A stretch of DNA of 64,000 bases from positions 124,001 through 188,000 of the forward strand of contig CAXHJY010000514.1 of the NCBI GenBank assembly GCA_964016885.1. The letters are read 5' to 3'. The DNA is from Eledone cirrhosa. Taxonomy: Eukaryota. The translations under genes and the position numbers were made by a program. Of this stretch, positions 25,691-39,434 are shown piece by piece; the stretch's first letter is position 1; the number at the start of each line of letters is the position of its first letter. The notes beneath the pieces were generated by a model. It did no database searches and was not told the origin of the DNA. It saw only the letters and a list, made by a program, of their open reading frames with translations.

Positions 25691-26663
25691 TTAAAGATGG
25701 AAAAGGATGCAGCCATTGATCGCCATGAGGAATCAAACCCCATATCTTTCAGGTACTGGCTACTTTTCTCATATTTCAGGGATTTCCATCCTGTTTTATA
25801 AACTGTTTTTTTTGCCACAACAACATTTTTGTTAACTTTATCTTCTCAGCACTTTGTAAATGTCTGAGGGACCAGTCATGTATACACAAAACAGTTATTA
25901 TTCCCTACAATTATGGCTAATTTAAGGTGGAGCCCAACAAAATGGTGTTGGTGGGTGGCAAATATTAGTCATTGTAACAGAAGTATCTTGAAATTATAAA
26001 AATGCAATTGACATATGCTATAATTAGTTGTCAGAAATATTTCAAATTTGATTTGGCAGAGTCTTGGTTCTTAGCAATTGAGCAGGTTGAGATTATGCAA
26101 TTGCTATCATGAGAGAGAGTCAGGGTAGAGAAATAGAGGGATAAACTGAAATGTTTATTAGATGCCTGATTAAAGAACAGTACTTAGTTGCAGAGTATTA
26201 TGTATTGAATGTGTGCATGGAGGTTGCTATATAGAATAAAGCTATATTATTAACATATTACAAATGTAGTAGTGGGAAGAATAGACGGTGATTTGGCATA
26301 AGTGAATGATTCTTTTCAAGTGAAGGAGAATGTACTCTCATTTCATACATGCTCATGCATTAGGAAACCATCCTAAATATGACTAACACTTACACTATAT
26401 TTCTTAATGAGGTTGCATGTAACAGTTTTAGATTTCTGAGTTGAATTTAAAAATGAAGTACAATTGTTGCCTAGGATAATTAACAGAGAATTTGGCTGAA
26501 GTCAATCAAATTTGTTAAATAAAGAAACATTGAATATAAGAGTATATATTGTGAAGTATATGATCGTTGTACGACCTAGAGTCTTGTACTCTCTGTCACA
26601 GAAAGTTTAATAAAGAAATCATGTTTAACAATAATAGTTAGGAGAGTAGATGTACAGAATTAA

Positions 26664-26815
26664 CCTTTAGCATAATATCGAATCTACGAGATGTTGTTAT
26701 TATTTATTTTAAGAACAATAACTTAACATCAGTATGAGTGGCTGGTCACGACCGGTTTGAACAGAAAGGTGTGAGAGAATTCTGACCGGATATGACCGAT
26801 TTAAATGCTAAAGGG
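26664..26815 (-). mobile_element. Second, internally deleted copy of the same MITE, inverted
   Basis: gagagaattctgaccggatatgaccgatttaaatgctaaaggg is the reverse complement of ~25469-25511. Confidence 0.8.
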
Positions 26816-28846
26816 TTTTTTAAAATGTTGCTTCAATGGAAGGGATTAATTGTTGTAAATTTCTCATAATAAAGAAAATTCATTCCTCTTTGATCAATTG
26901 AAATTTGTAAAGATAGATGACTTACCAGTTTAATGGTAGTGATTGAAATAATATAATGCAGTAGATAGAGATAAACTACATATTCTGTTGGTCATAGATT
27001 AAACGTATTTGAATAGAATAAATTTTATTTGGTTTCTTTCAAGAAGATTTAATGAGTTGAATTGTAAATTTCATGCATGGTTTGACAAAAGGTTATTTCA
27101 AAATAAAATCATTTATACACTGATCTAGGACAATTTTAGTTTTAAGTTTGATTCTTAGAATAACATAAAACTAGAATCCATATATCTGTAACATTACCTC
27201 AACAACCTTGTGAAAAATAAATTACTAGCAAAAGTGATTACTCATTAGTTTCACAAAGATTTAGACTGATTGAATTTAATTACCTTTTCTAAGCAATAAA
27301 AGAAAAATGATAGATTATCTTTCTGTGGGAAACCAAGGATTGTATTCACTTGATTTAACTAATTGGCATGACTTCAGCCAATTTTCTGCTAATTATCCAA
27401 GAAAATAAACGTATTTCATATATTCTCAGCAGCCTTTGGAATTGTGCCTCCATCAATATGAACTTGTTTCTTTTTATGAACTAACTAAGGTATAATTTGA
27501 TCTATCTATTGTTTTTATTATTATAGATATTTTTATTGCATTTTATTTTAAGAGTTGAAATTATAAATAATGATTGGATATATAATTATCATGATGCCAT
27601 TTTTAGACATTTTGGATATTATATTGTGATAAGAACCTAGTTCAATTTTTACTGAATACATTAAAATGCCTAAACATTGACACATTTTCCTAATTATCTT
27701 TTGTATCTATGCAAATTTGGTGGAGGTGGATAAGAAAAGAGAATTGATAAAAATGAAACACATGAACATTTTTTTCTTGAGTTAAATGGATGCAAAAGGA
27801 AATGAGTTCATATTGTGGTTATAAATTTTCTAAATATTTACTTGGTTAATTTTTATCTTGTGGCTTTTAGAAGTTTTACTTTGATATTTTACACTATCTT
27901 TAATTTTCTTATCTGATAGTGGAGTGAAATTAAAGAGAAAGGAGGAGGGAGGGGTCTCTGTAGCTCCTAATGTTTTGATAGGTCATTTTGTTATATATAG
28001 AATTTTATGCAGATTAAAATATGAATATTTTACAGTGTTAATTGTGATTGAATATTAAATATTTGTGAGTGTGAAAAGTTTGTTATCAGTGTACTTATTT
28101 AAGGTAATGAAAAAATATTGAACAAATAAATAAAATTAACATCATCATCACCGTTTATTCCACACTGGCATAGAATTCCGCATAGATTATAATTGGCCAT
28201 GTAAATGACATGCTGTGATACTGAGAATTGATATCAAAGTTAGCTCTAAGAAAGGTTCCATAGGTTCGACATGTATCATTACTTATCCCAGCAGGACCAG
28301 ATATAGACCTTGAGGAGAGGGGTCCTCACATAGATTCACACACAGACATATTATTTAAGTAGACAGAGAAAGAGACATCAGAGACTTAAGAGGTAACAGG
28401 AGCTCTGTTTGCAGTGGGAAGAACCTGTTCAATAAATCTGACCCTACATTATAGTATTATGTATTGAATTGTTGATGCCCCACATCTTATCTTAGATTTA
28501 TTTATTGAATCAATTAAAACATATCTAGGGAATATCCAGATTGTAGATTGGCCAAGGATTTGTATTCAGTAGCATAGTCTTTTATTTGATCTTGATTCAT
28601 ATAGGATCTCCGACCACAGATTCATCTGCAACTTGCATGCAACTCATGCATGATATTCAGAGTTATTTATTCAAGAGATCAATGATTGCATCTGAACTAT
28701 TAATCTTTTGTCTGACAAAAATAGTATTGACTCAGAAAACAGAGACTATTTCATTTTATATTTTCTTAACAAGTCACTTAACTTTTAATTGCTATAAAAG
28801 GTTTTATGACTAAAACAATAACCCTATTTAGTAATAAACCACTTAA

Positions 28847-29087
28847 CACTTTCATTACTATATTTCTAATGGAAAACAGAGCCTATGCTTTTTAAATCAT
28901 TTTGAAAATAATCAAGTATTTGGAGTGATTTAGTAATATAATTAACTTTCTCATTATGTTGGTGTTTGGTACATAACAAAAATTATAACATTTTGATGGA
29001 AGGTTTTTAGATAAGTAAAACAAAATAATTAAATAGATCTGTATCATAGAATCAGGAGCAATTTTAGGTGGTTTGGTATCAAAAGTG
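28847..29087. mobile_element. piggyBac-type MITE, second family (related decayed copies near 13860, 31010, 44560, 55240, 62460)
   Basis: TTAA|CACTTT...AAAGTG|TTAA. Confidence 0.7.
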
Positions 29088-29990
29088 TTAAGGAAGAAAT
29101 ATTTGTTTAAAAAACTCTTTAAAGTTTTCAAATCAAATTACTTATAAATAAAAGAACTATAAGTTCTTTCTAGTGCCATATTTAATAATTCAGAGACTAA
29201 AGTTGATATGATGTGTCAGTCTGGGGTGTCATCTGGCAAAATTGTTAGTGTTGGATGGTCTATTTTGCACTGTTTATATTTGTTCTATTTAGACTATGTC
29301 ATAGGCTTACTTTGCTACGTGGGTTAACACCACCTGGCCCATTGGAGCCTTTTGGGAACTCCCTCCTCTTTTGCAAGCATTTAAGCCAAGTTTTCAGTTT
29401 GAGAAGACTTTTTCTCCCCACACCCACTCATGACTGAAACTCTGACATTGCTGTCTCTCCTGATTAAATGATAAAAATATGGATATTACTGTTGCTTGTT
29501 CTATTGAACTATGACAAGATTTGAACACAGATCCAAGGAGACAGTGACTAAAAATGGCAAAGCATAATATAGTCTAATTTTGTATAATCACATCCATCTC
29601 TGCTACATCATGCAGTTGAAAAAATATTAGTAAATTGGGATGGAAGTCTTCACTTAAAATATGAGAAATGAATCCAATAAATCATATTTATTAATCAAAC
29701 TGTTCGATGCAGAAATTTTAATAATTTAAGTGTGGACATCCTAGGAATGAAAGTAGGAACATATTGAGTTTAGGTATTTATTAATTTATTATATTAGGTA
29801 CTATAATGGCTCCATACATGCATATTTTAGACACTTAGACCAGTCAGAGAAGAACACAGTGATCATTCATTTTAGTTTTGAACCGTTTTTGTTTTACATT
29901 TGAAAAGGTGTAGCCCTGAAATATGTTGAAATATACTGGGTAAAACCTTTCTTAATTTTGTTTTATTATCATCCTTTGCCTTTCTACTGT

Positions 29991-30330
29991 ATCATCATCA
30001 TCATTTAACGTCCATTTTTCCACACTAGCATGGATTAGATGAGTTATCTTGTTGTGAGAAATACCAGGTCAGGTGACAATGTCTTGCTCATACAGAACTG
30101 ATTTGGACTTGGTTTTTACAACATTTACAGTGTGGACTGGGTGACTTTTGTCGTGACACCTACATGACCACTTTAAAGTGTAGGCTGGGTGCTTTTTGTC
30201 ATGACACCTACCGACCCACTTCGCAGTGTGTGCTGGGTGCTTTTTGTCATGATAACTACACAACTACCTTACAGTGTCGACTGAACGCCTTTTGTCGTGA
30301 CGCCTACATGACCATTTTACAGTGTGGTCT
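29991..30330 (-). mobile_element. RTE-tailed short element with internal 48-bp minisatellite
   Basis: (CAT)n/RTE tail at the left end; units start at 30124, 30172, 30220, 30268 and 30316 (tttacagtgtggactgggtg-cttttgtc-tgacacctac...). Confidence 0.85.
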
Positions 30331-31435
30331 GGAGACTTTGGTGGTGGAGGTGGGTGGAGATTGGGTATGTGGGGATTTGGGTATGTGTGAGGGGTGGAGT
30401 GTTAGGATGTGGGAGGGAAATTGAAGGGAGTGGAGGAGAAGGTGATGCTCACTAGATGTATGCTTCAGCCTGTGCTCATGGGAGGGGTATGGAATGGAGG
30501 TGAACATGGTGCGTACTGTATCTTTGCTTCAGTCTGTGTTCATGAGGTGGTTCGTTTGTATTACTGCAAAATGCCAGAGATCTCGGTCCTCTGTCATTGC
30601 CTTTTAGAGGTGCAATTGTGCAAGGTCATTTTTTATCAACTTTGTTTTATTAACCTTGAAAGGATTAAAAGCAGTGGGATTTAAATCCAGAGCATTTTGC
30701 GAGGGACTAAAGAATACTCCTTTCTCTATTGAGAATGCTGAACTAAAATTTTCAAAAAATACCAGATTATATTAGAAAGTAACCGAAAATGAACATTTTG
30801 CTAGTAAACAAAGGTAAATAAATTTCCTGTAGATCAATTGTAATTTACTTAGTTGATAATTTAATTTGATAATCTATAGAATTAGTTTGTTTGTTTTTTA
30901 CATAACACTCAGCAGTTTTTAATTCTTACTTTTCTCTAATATATGGAGTTAAAGGTTTACTTAGATATGTCTTTCAAAATTTATCATTAGTTTAACACTT
31001 AAGAAATATTTCGTTTGATACCAAACCACAAGAAACTACCACTCATTCTATAATACTAAACTGTTTATTTTAAAGTGTTTTATAAGAACAATAGTTAATT
31101 TATGTTCCAAACACCAAATTAATAAAAGAATTAGTTACTTTTAAATCCCTTCAAATCCCTAATTATTTTATAAATAAATATCTTTCATCAGAAATATATG
31201 AAAGGGTTAACATATTGTAACATATGGTGATTTTTGTAAATCATATGAAAAGTAAAAAGCATTGTATTTCTCTTCTATTTTCAAAAATACTGAACATTAG
31301 ATATGTTTTTAAGCATAACACTTTATATAACTTGATATTAAAAGTATTCAGACTTTTAGAATATTTTATACAATATCTTGAAGATGGAATTTAGTAAAAG
31401 TTTATATTAGATCGATAAAATATATATGTATACAT

Positions 31436-31563
<128 letters not shown>

Positions 31564-33109
31564 CTAGATATAATGCAATATGTATGTATGCATACATATT
31601 CAGTGTAGACTTTGAATAATGTTATGTGAAATGAAGTGGAAAGTAATTATATATTTAGGATGAATGTTTATGTGAGAAAGACAGACAGACAGACGAAGAG
31701 ATTGTTTTGTATTATTTGAAAGTAAATTATCCTGTGGTCTGACAATTTCTACTTTCAATATAATTCTAATCTTCAGTCATATTTTTGTCTAGTTTTTGAG
31801 ATTACCTTATGTATGGTTGTATTATATTTTCCAAACATTTGGTCTGCATGAATAATACTACTACTAATAGTAATAATAATAAGGATATCAAAAGATTCCA
31901 CTTTCCTTTTTACAATAAGTAAAAACTTCAAGCTTGAATGATTCTCAAAAACAAATATTTTTTTTTCTTTAGTATCTTGCCAACAAAGGAAAAACACAAA
32001 CAATATTGTTAGTTATTTTCACATTGTAAGAAAGATATTGATTATTATTGTTATTATTATAATTTTATAGTAACATTTATTATGCAATAAATATTTTGTA
32101 ATTGTCAATTAAGGCAGTGCAACAGGATGGCCATATCCTATTCAATGAAACTAGTAAAATAGTAAGAGCTTATATTAGGAAAATCCAGAATGAGAATAAT
32201 GTGAATAAATATGTTCTATATGAATTAGGCAAGATTAGAAGGAATTATAGTTTCATCTCTTTCTTGTAATATTTCGAAAAAAGTTATTTGTTGTCTGGGA
32301 CATAATGGTTTGGCTGATTTCAAATGCTATTCAAATGTTTGTTGAATGTTATCCTAATCACATAGTAATGATGTCAGAAATGAAACTATTAGAGAAGAAA
32401 AGAAAGGATGTTTCTACATCTTAGAAGCAGTGCTCACTCTGGATTGCAAATGACCAGCATAGTGGAGTAGGCTATACTGACTTCACTACTTCAATGTCTA
32501 TAAGTTTTGATCCCATGATATGATACCAACGATTACATTCCACCACCCATTTTGGGCTGTATGGCAAACCTCACTCACTGCTTGGTTTATTACTACAACC
32601 TGGCTTTTATGGGTGCCTTTAGTAGAATTTACACTGTCATAAATATTCTGCACAGGGGCCTGCCTCTAGGATAAAACAATCTTTTGACACAACGTCAGAT
32701 GTCATATTAATTATGAAGTATCACTGTGTGTCAGAGCATACAAGTGACACTGTTAAAAGAGTATTTTGAGGAAGATTTGGTTGCTATTTCAATGATTGAC
32801 TATGGGGAGGGTCCCTCATTGGTTCTTTTATTTACAGTGGTTACTCTGTGTATGTAAAATTCATTCTGAATCACTCCCTTCCTTATCTGATTTCTACAAT
32901 GGTAACTTCCAGTCACGTAGACTCACAATATCTATTCCTTATTTCTTTAGATTTATCTAAAGTTTCTACTGCTCTCCAAAGTCCTGCATCAAACATATCT
33001 TTATCTAATACCATCTAACTTTGTCTTTAATTCTTACTAACTCTTGCATCCCACCTACACAGACTCATTTGATATTCTGTATTCCCTGTGCCAGTTAGTA
33101 TGTACATCT

Positions 33110-33290
33110 ACAATCTCTTTTTCACTTTCCCTACCAAACTCTTTTTCACTTTCCCTACCAAACTTTCTTTCTCTTTCCCTCTCCCTACCAATCTCTCTTT
33201 CTACCAATATGTCTCTTTCTCTCTACCCCCCTCTCTCTATTTCTCTCTCTCTCTCTCTATCCACCAATCTCTCTCTCTATATATATTTTT
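33110..33290. repeat. Polypyrimidine CT-rich tract with ~24-bp tandem units
   Basis: ctctttttcactttccctaccaaa twice, followed by degenerate copies. Confidence 0.8.
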
Positions 33291-36006
33291 TCTACTCTTC
33301 AGTCTGTTTAAAATAGTTGCTGTTTATTTCACATCATATTTATCACAAAACTAATTCCCTCAATGATGGGATAGGTTAAACAAAGCAATATATTCTTCAA
33401 CTAATCATTAAATTTATCTTAGGGTCAAATACCAATCAACTAGCTGTTCTAGGATACATGTCTTGTTAATGGATGTAAACAGTTCTGTTAATGGATGTAA
33501 ATATTCTGTTATTTTGCTTCCAACAAAACATCTGTTTTGCTTTCCTACAAAAATATTATATAAAAGAAAGATGTTGCTGTATACCAGATAATTTAACCTA
33601 AAACCGAATGATTCTACTCGTTGAACTGGCAGTGTTATCAATAAATTGCCATTTCTGGAGAGATTTTTCTATTGTCTGTTTTTCTTGTCAAATGTTAAAA
33701 TTCGTTTCAAAGAAAACATTTTTGGAGAAAACAATTATGTAAAACCATAATAGATCTCTTAAAATACAGTTGGAATTTGTCAGAGCATAGGAAATAAAAG
33801 GTTAATTAAATTTTTAACATTCCTTCCATTCTATCAAGCAAGTTATAAAAAGTGTTCCACTAGATAACACAGCTTAAATAGGTTTTATTTTGTACATTTG
33901 AAAATACGATTTTTTTTTATCTTTTAAATTTTCTCAAAGAGTTACTATAAGCCTATTGTAAATTATAAAGTAATGCTGCTTAAAGAATGCATTTTAAGTA
34001 ACCATGTTTAGAATTACTGTCTAAGACAGTTTGGCAGTGGCTTACAATTGTTATAGCACATATATCAAGATGTCTTTCATTTTCTGTTTGTAAAGAAAAA
34101 AGTATGCAGAGCTTTCTTTTTCATTCTCAATACAATTTACTCTTATTTTCTTTACAAAACTGACTTTTCTTAAAGATTTGGGTCTGTCTTACTGAATCCT
34201 TGAATTAAAATTTTAATTCATAAGCTGAAATGTCTATTTGGTATCTACTGTTTGCTTAATTAAAAAGTCGCTGAATATTTTGGCACAAAAGTGATCTAAA
34301 AGATACTAAATCACAAAGCTCTAAGAATTTTGAAGACTAAAAAAAAATTCCTTGTTATTTGACGCTCATTTTAATTAATCTGCTCTGAAATGAAATGGAT
34401 TTTTCAAACGTGACAGCTTCAATTAAAACCATAATGACATTTGAGAAGAGAATGAAAACACTTTGTAAAACTGCAAACTGTAAACAAAACAGACGCTCAA
34501 AGTGCTTGCTTATGTGTGTTTTCACAATGACAGTCTGGTTTACCAAACATGACATCACAATATGTTCGCAATATAAATACATTTATGAATTCTTTTTTTT
34601 TTTGTTCATTTATTGTTGCTGAAATTTGTATGATGGACTTGCTGAAAGAAATTGATTTCTTTCAGAAGATTTGTGATATATTTGTATTTGCATTTAAAAA
34701 TGACTCTTGTGAGCAAATATTGTTTTAAAAAATATGACTTGCAGAATTTTTTTATATATATAACAAATGTTTTTTTTTCTTGATTTCTTTTTTTCCTGGA
34801 ATAAATATTTGTTCAAATATTAAAAAAAATTTTTGAGAAATAGTCTTAGATATATTTGTATTAGCAAATATTGAAATATTCCAAAGAGAATGAAACAAGC
34901 AATGAAATTGCAATACAAATACAGGCATCAAAAGGCAATAAAATTCAAAGTGATGATTTTATATTAGATTCTTTGAACATTATAGAATATATACAAATCA
35001 TGAAATGGTATGCAAATTTTGTTTTGAAAAGATGATTGACTCTGGGCATCTTAAAGTTGAAAAGTAATGTGGAGATTGAAGGCAGCAATAATGTAATATT
35101 CTAGGGTGGCAGCTGTTAAGAAATATAGAAGCTATTAGCATGTTGACAGAATTCTAAACATATTGCAGTTGACAATTAAGGCTGAGAGTGAAGGTAATGG
35201 TTAGCAAACTGTCTAGAAATATAGAAATGAGTATGATAGGTGGTTGACAGCACTCTGGACATGTTACAGTAGACAATTAACCCTTTTTTGTGTGTTATCT
35301 GGTATTAACATTTTTTTTTTTTCATCCTAATATTTTGGGATTTTAAAATAACTTCCTCCGAGTGTGGAGAACGCTGAGTAAAACGGTCTTATTGCTTTGA
35401 TATTTGATTTAAATAAAACATTTATTGTTGATATAACTGTAAATTGGTGAAACATACCGAAAAAGAATGCAACATTAGAAAAGACTATAAATGCCATAAA
35501 TGAGAGTAATATGAGGGGAAGTGCAAGGACGTTTAGATAAAAAAGAAAGAAAAGGGGAAGGGGAGAGGATGACTGACTTTACACCTAGGTCAGAGTGGTG
35601 TTTCGGCTGTACCCAACAGACAAAATGGGAAAGACATTTCCATGGAAAATGGCCAGCGACACTCTCTGCAACAGCCACTCCATCTCACAGGGCTCCTTTC
35701 TCAGATTGGCTGCTATCAATTGAACTCATTTTGGCAAAGCCAGCTGTAAAATCACCCAGTATACAAATGAGGCTAATCAGCCAATGTATACTTTAGAAAA
35801 TACTATATATTTTCAATAGTTCAAACATGTGGCAGAGAGGTACATAGTCTTGACAAAAGGCAATAACCCAGAAACATGTTGACAGTCCCTTGCTGCCGCT
35901 GCTAGAATGAACAGATGACGATGGTCATCAAAAGAATTTAAAACATAACATAATGATACTGTTTGATTGCAAACAAATATAATATTATTATTATCATTCA
36001 ATATGT

Positions 36007-36170
36007 GGCAGTGTACTGGCTGTATTAATAGAGCGTTAGGCACCATGTATTGTAGCATGGAGTTATGTCTCTTTACGTTCTGAGTTCAAATACTGCTGAG
36101 GATAACTTTGCCTTTCATATTCACGGGGCTGATAAAATAAAGCACCAGCACCAGTAATACACTGGAGTGA
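36007..36170 (+). mobile_element. Tail-less SINE directly abutting the RTE 5' end
   Basis: gagttcaaatactgctgaggataactttgcctttcat...taatacactggagtga, immediately followed by RTE sequence. Confidence 0.75.
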
Positions 36171-38866
36171 ATGCTGGGAGAGCGAGGAATCAAATTCTAA
36201 CAACAACAAAAAGAGCAAGAGCAAGAATATGAAGACGTCAAATCTCAGAGTTGCCACACTTAATGTGGAGACTCTAACAGGCAGATCTGTTGAGATAGTG
36301 GAGATGTTAGAGTCAAAACAGGTGGATGTGTGCTGCGTGCAAGAGGTGAGATGAAGCGGTGCCTCTACAAGACTAATCGCAGGCAAACATCATATTTATA
36401 AGCTTTTCTGGGTAGGTATTGATGATGGGTTAGGAGGGGTAGGTATTTTACTGGCTGAAACATGGATCGATAAGACAATAATGGTAGTTAGAGTCAGTAA
36501 TAGAATAATTAAGATTAGATTAGTTGTAGGCAAGAGACTGCTGGCAATCATCTCTACCTATGCTCCCCAGGCAGGTCTAGGTAAAGAAGAGAAAGACTGC
36601 TTTTATGAACAACTTTTAGAAACAGCCACAATGACAGAGAACAGAGACATCGTTATACTAGCAGGGGACTTCAATGGTCATATTGGACAGCTCCAGGATG
36701 GTTACACTGGGGTACATAGTGGGCCCGGCTATGGCTCAAGAAACGAAGAAGGAGTGAGGCTTCTTGAATTTTGTGATGCAAGTGCACTAACCATTTGCAA
36801 CACTAACTTCAAGAAACCTACCAACCACCTAAAAGCCTACAAATCAGGCGAGCACATAAGCCAGATTGACTTCTTGCTAGTTAGGCAGCAAGACAGACAG
36901 ATGGTGTCAAATACTAAGGCATACACCGGGGAAGAATGTACCCCACAGCATAGGTTAGTCGTTAGTGACATCTCAATAAGCAAGAGACAAAATGAGACAT
37001 ACAGGAAGGTGTGGAAAAGTAATGTGTGGAAACTAAAAGACCTTCACTAAAGTATAAATTTAAGGAAGCCTTTCAAGATGTGTATGACGAGAAAGAAGAC
37101 GTTTAGAATCATATGACATAGATGATAACTGGAATTTCTTATGTGACAGCTTACTGCAGGCAACAGAAGAAACTTGTGGTTGGAACAGAGCTCTGACCAG
37201 ACAGAGAGTGAGCTGGTGGTGGTAGATAGCACCATTAGAGACAAAAGACTGGCATGGAACACTTGGAAAAATGGTGCGAGTAGAGACCGATACATGGCCA
37301 CTAAGAGAGAAGCTAGATGTCAGGTGTACTTAGCACGCAGAGAGGCTGAGAGTAGGAGATTTGCCAATGTCCTGTGATGGGAAGATCAGAGACGTGCGGT
37401 GTTCTGCATTACAAGGCAGTGTGTCAGTGTAAATCGGGATGTTGTTGGAGATAAATATGTCCGGAATGATGCTGGTGTCAATAATGATCCGAAAAAGGAG
37501 GCCTGGAAATGTTATTATGAGAGGCTGATGAATGTGGAGAATGAATGGGAAAGAAAGAAACTACCTCCAGTAGACCCAACAGAGGGACCAGCTATTAAGA
37601 TTGACGAATATAGGGTTCAAGAGGCAATTAAGGAAATGAAAAATGGTAAGGCAGCTGGACCGTCAGGGATAGTTGCTGAGATGCTGAAGGCATCAGGAGA
37701 AGTAGGTACTAAACTGGTTGCACACATCGTCATTCAAGCTATATATGGCAGAGTCATACCCAAAGACTGGTACAGCAGTATTCTCATAAATTGCTCCAAA
37801 GGTAAAGGGGATGCTCTGGAGAGGATCAATTATAGAGGCATAAAACTGATGGATCAGGTTATGAAAGTAGCAGAAAGGATATAGCGCAACTAATTAGAGA
37901 AAGGGTCAAATTAGATGAGATGCAGTTTCGTTTTGTGCCTGGGCAAAGGACACAGATGCCCTCTTCTTAGTGAGACAACTACAAGAGAGTTTCTTAGAGA
38001 AGAATATGCCACTATACTTAGCTTCTGTTGACCTAGAGAAGGCCTTTGATAGGGTATCCAAATCTGTCAGCTAGGTGGTCCCAAAGGAAACTAGGTGTTG
38101 AGGAATGGCTTGTGAGGATAGTCAAAGCTTTGTACAGAGGTGCTGTTCAATGCAGATCTTAGGTACACAAGAGATATAGTGGGATAGCAGGCAAACTAAC
38201 AGGTAAGAAAAAATACGTATGTAGTAGATGTACAAGGAAATTTGACAGTAGAAGTCACAGTGATAGACACATTTTTTCAAATGCAGGTAGGTTCTATAGA
38301 AGTGGTTGATAGCTTCCGCAACCTAGATGATCAGATTAGCATGGGGGGGGGGGGGTTCTGAGGCCATAGTTCCTAGAATAAGGACGGGTTGGAAGAAGTG
38401 TAGGGAGCTGCTTTCTCTGCTGACAAAGAAGGGTTTCTCCCTGCGTATGAAAGGCAGGTTATACGATGCCTGTCTGAGATGCGCGATGCTGAATGCTAGT
38501 GAGACATGGGTGACAGCTGGAGAGAAATGAAGCGAGGATGCTCCATTTGATGTGTAATGTCAATGTACGTGAACGACCAAGTATGGCTGAGTTCAGAGAG
38601 AAACTGTGTATATGAGGGATAAGTTGTAGTATGTGAGAGAAGACTGCATGGAGGGTGCCCGCTGGATAAAGAAGTACCAAGAAATCCTAGTAGAAGTAGA
38701 CCACGAAAAACATAGGCGGAGGTGGTGAGAGCAGACCTCAGATCACTGAAGCTCACGGAAGAGATGACGAAGCACTGTGACAAGCGGAGAGATGCTGTGC
38801 TGAATAGGATCCATCCTACCCTTGCAAGCAGGAAAAAGCGGATGTAAAATGATGATGATGATGATG
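36171..38866 (+). mobile_element. RTE/BovB LINE, near full length, decayed, with internal deletions
   Basis: APE endonuclease motifs VATLNV, CVQE, AGDFNGH, IDFLLV, QHRLVV; RT motifs GKAAGPSG, NYRGIKL, DLEKAFDRV; the YADD region is deleted near 38147; (ATG)n tail. Confidence 0.93.
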
Positions 38867-39174
38867 TATATATATGTGTGTACCTAATTTTTGCTGGACC
38901 AGCAATCGCTCTGTATAATCAGCTCCTGATTATTACTGGAATTCTATAAGAATCCAGCTTCTATAATTTTCGGCAGAAGCAGGGGAGTGCGTGACTCTGA
39001 TGAACAGCAACCAGCGTGAAACAGAATGTCAGCTTCTCTCCTTTCTTTTGCTGAAAATAAGTGACATAGTCACTACTTTAAAACTGATAGCATTTGGTCT
39101 TCTAAATGTTTTTAATTAAACATACGGTATATTACCAAATATACTATACATACATTCATATATATATATAATGG

Positions 39175-39282
39175 TATCTTATATAGGCAGAAGGTCAGCA
39201 ATTTGGTATTTTATTTTATCGACCCCGTAAGGATGAAAGGCAAAGTTAACCTCGGCGGGATTTGAACTCAGATCATAAAGAG
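39175..39282 (-). mobile_element. Partial SINE
   Basis: ttttatcgaccccgtaaggatgaaaggcaaagttaacctcggcgggatttgaactcag. Confidence 0.85.
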
Positions 39283-39392
39283 TATATATATATATATAGT
39301 AATGATAATAAATTTGAAGACTAAAATCCAAAGAGAGCTCGATAAGGATAAATATATATCAAATGTCAAATAAACTTTAATCTGTTATTTTA

Positions 39393-39434
<42 letters not shown>

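Noticed and set aside
30124-30330. CRISPR-like periodic array
   Set aside because: The whole 48-bp unit is repeated with no unique spacers; eukaryotic context and no cas genes.
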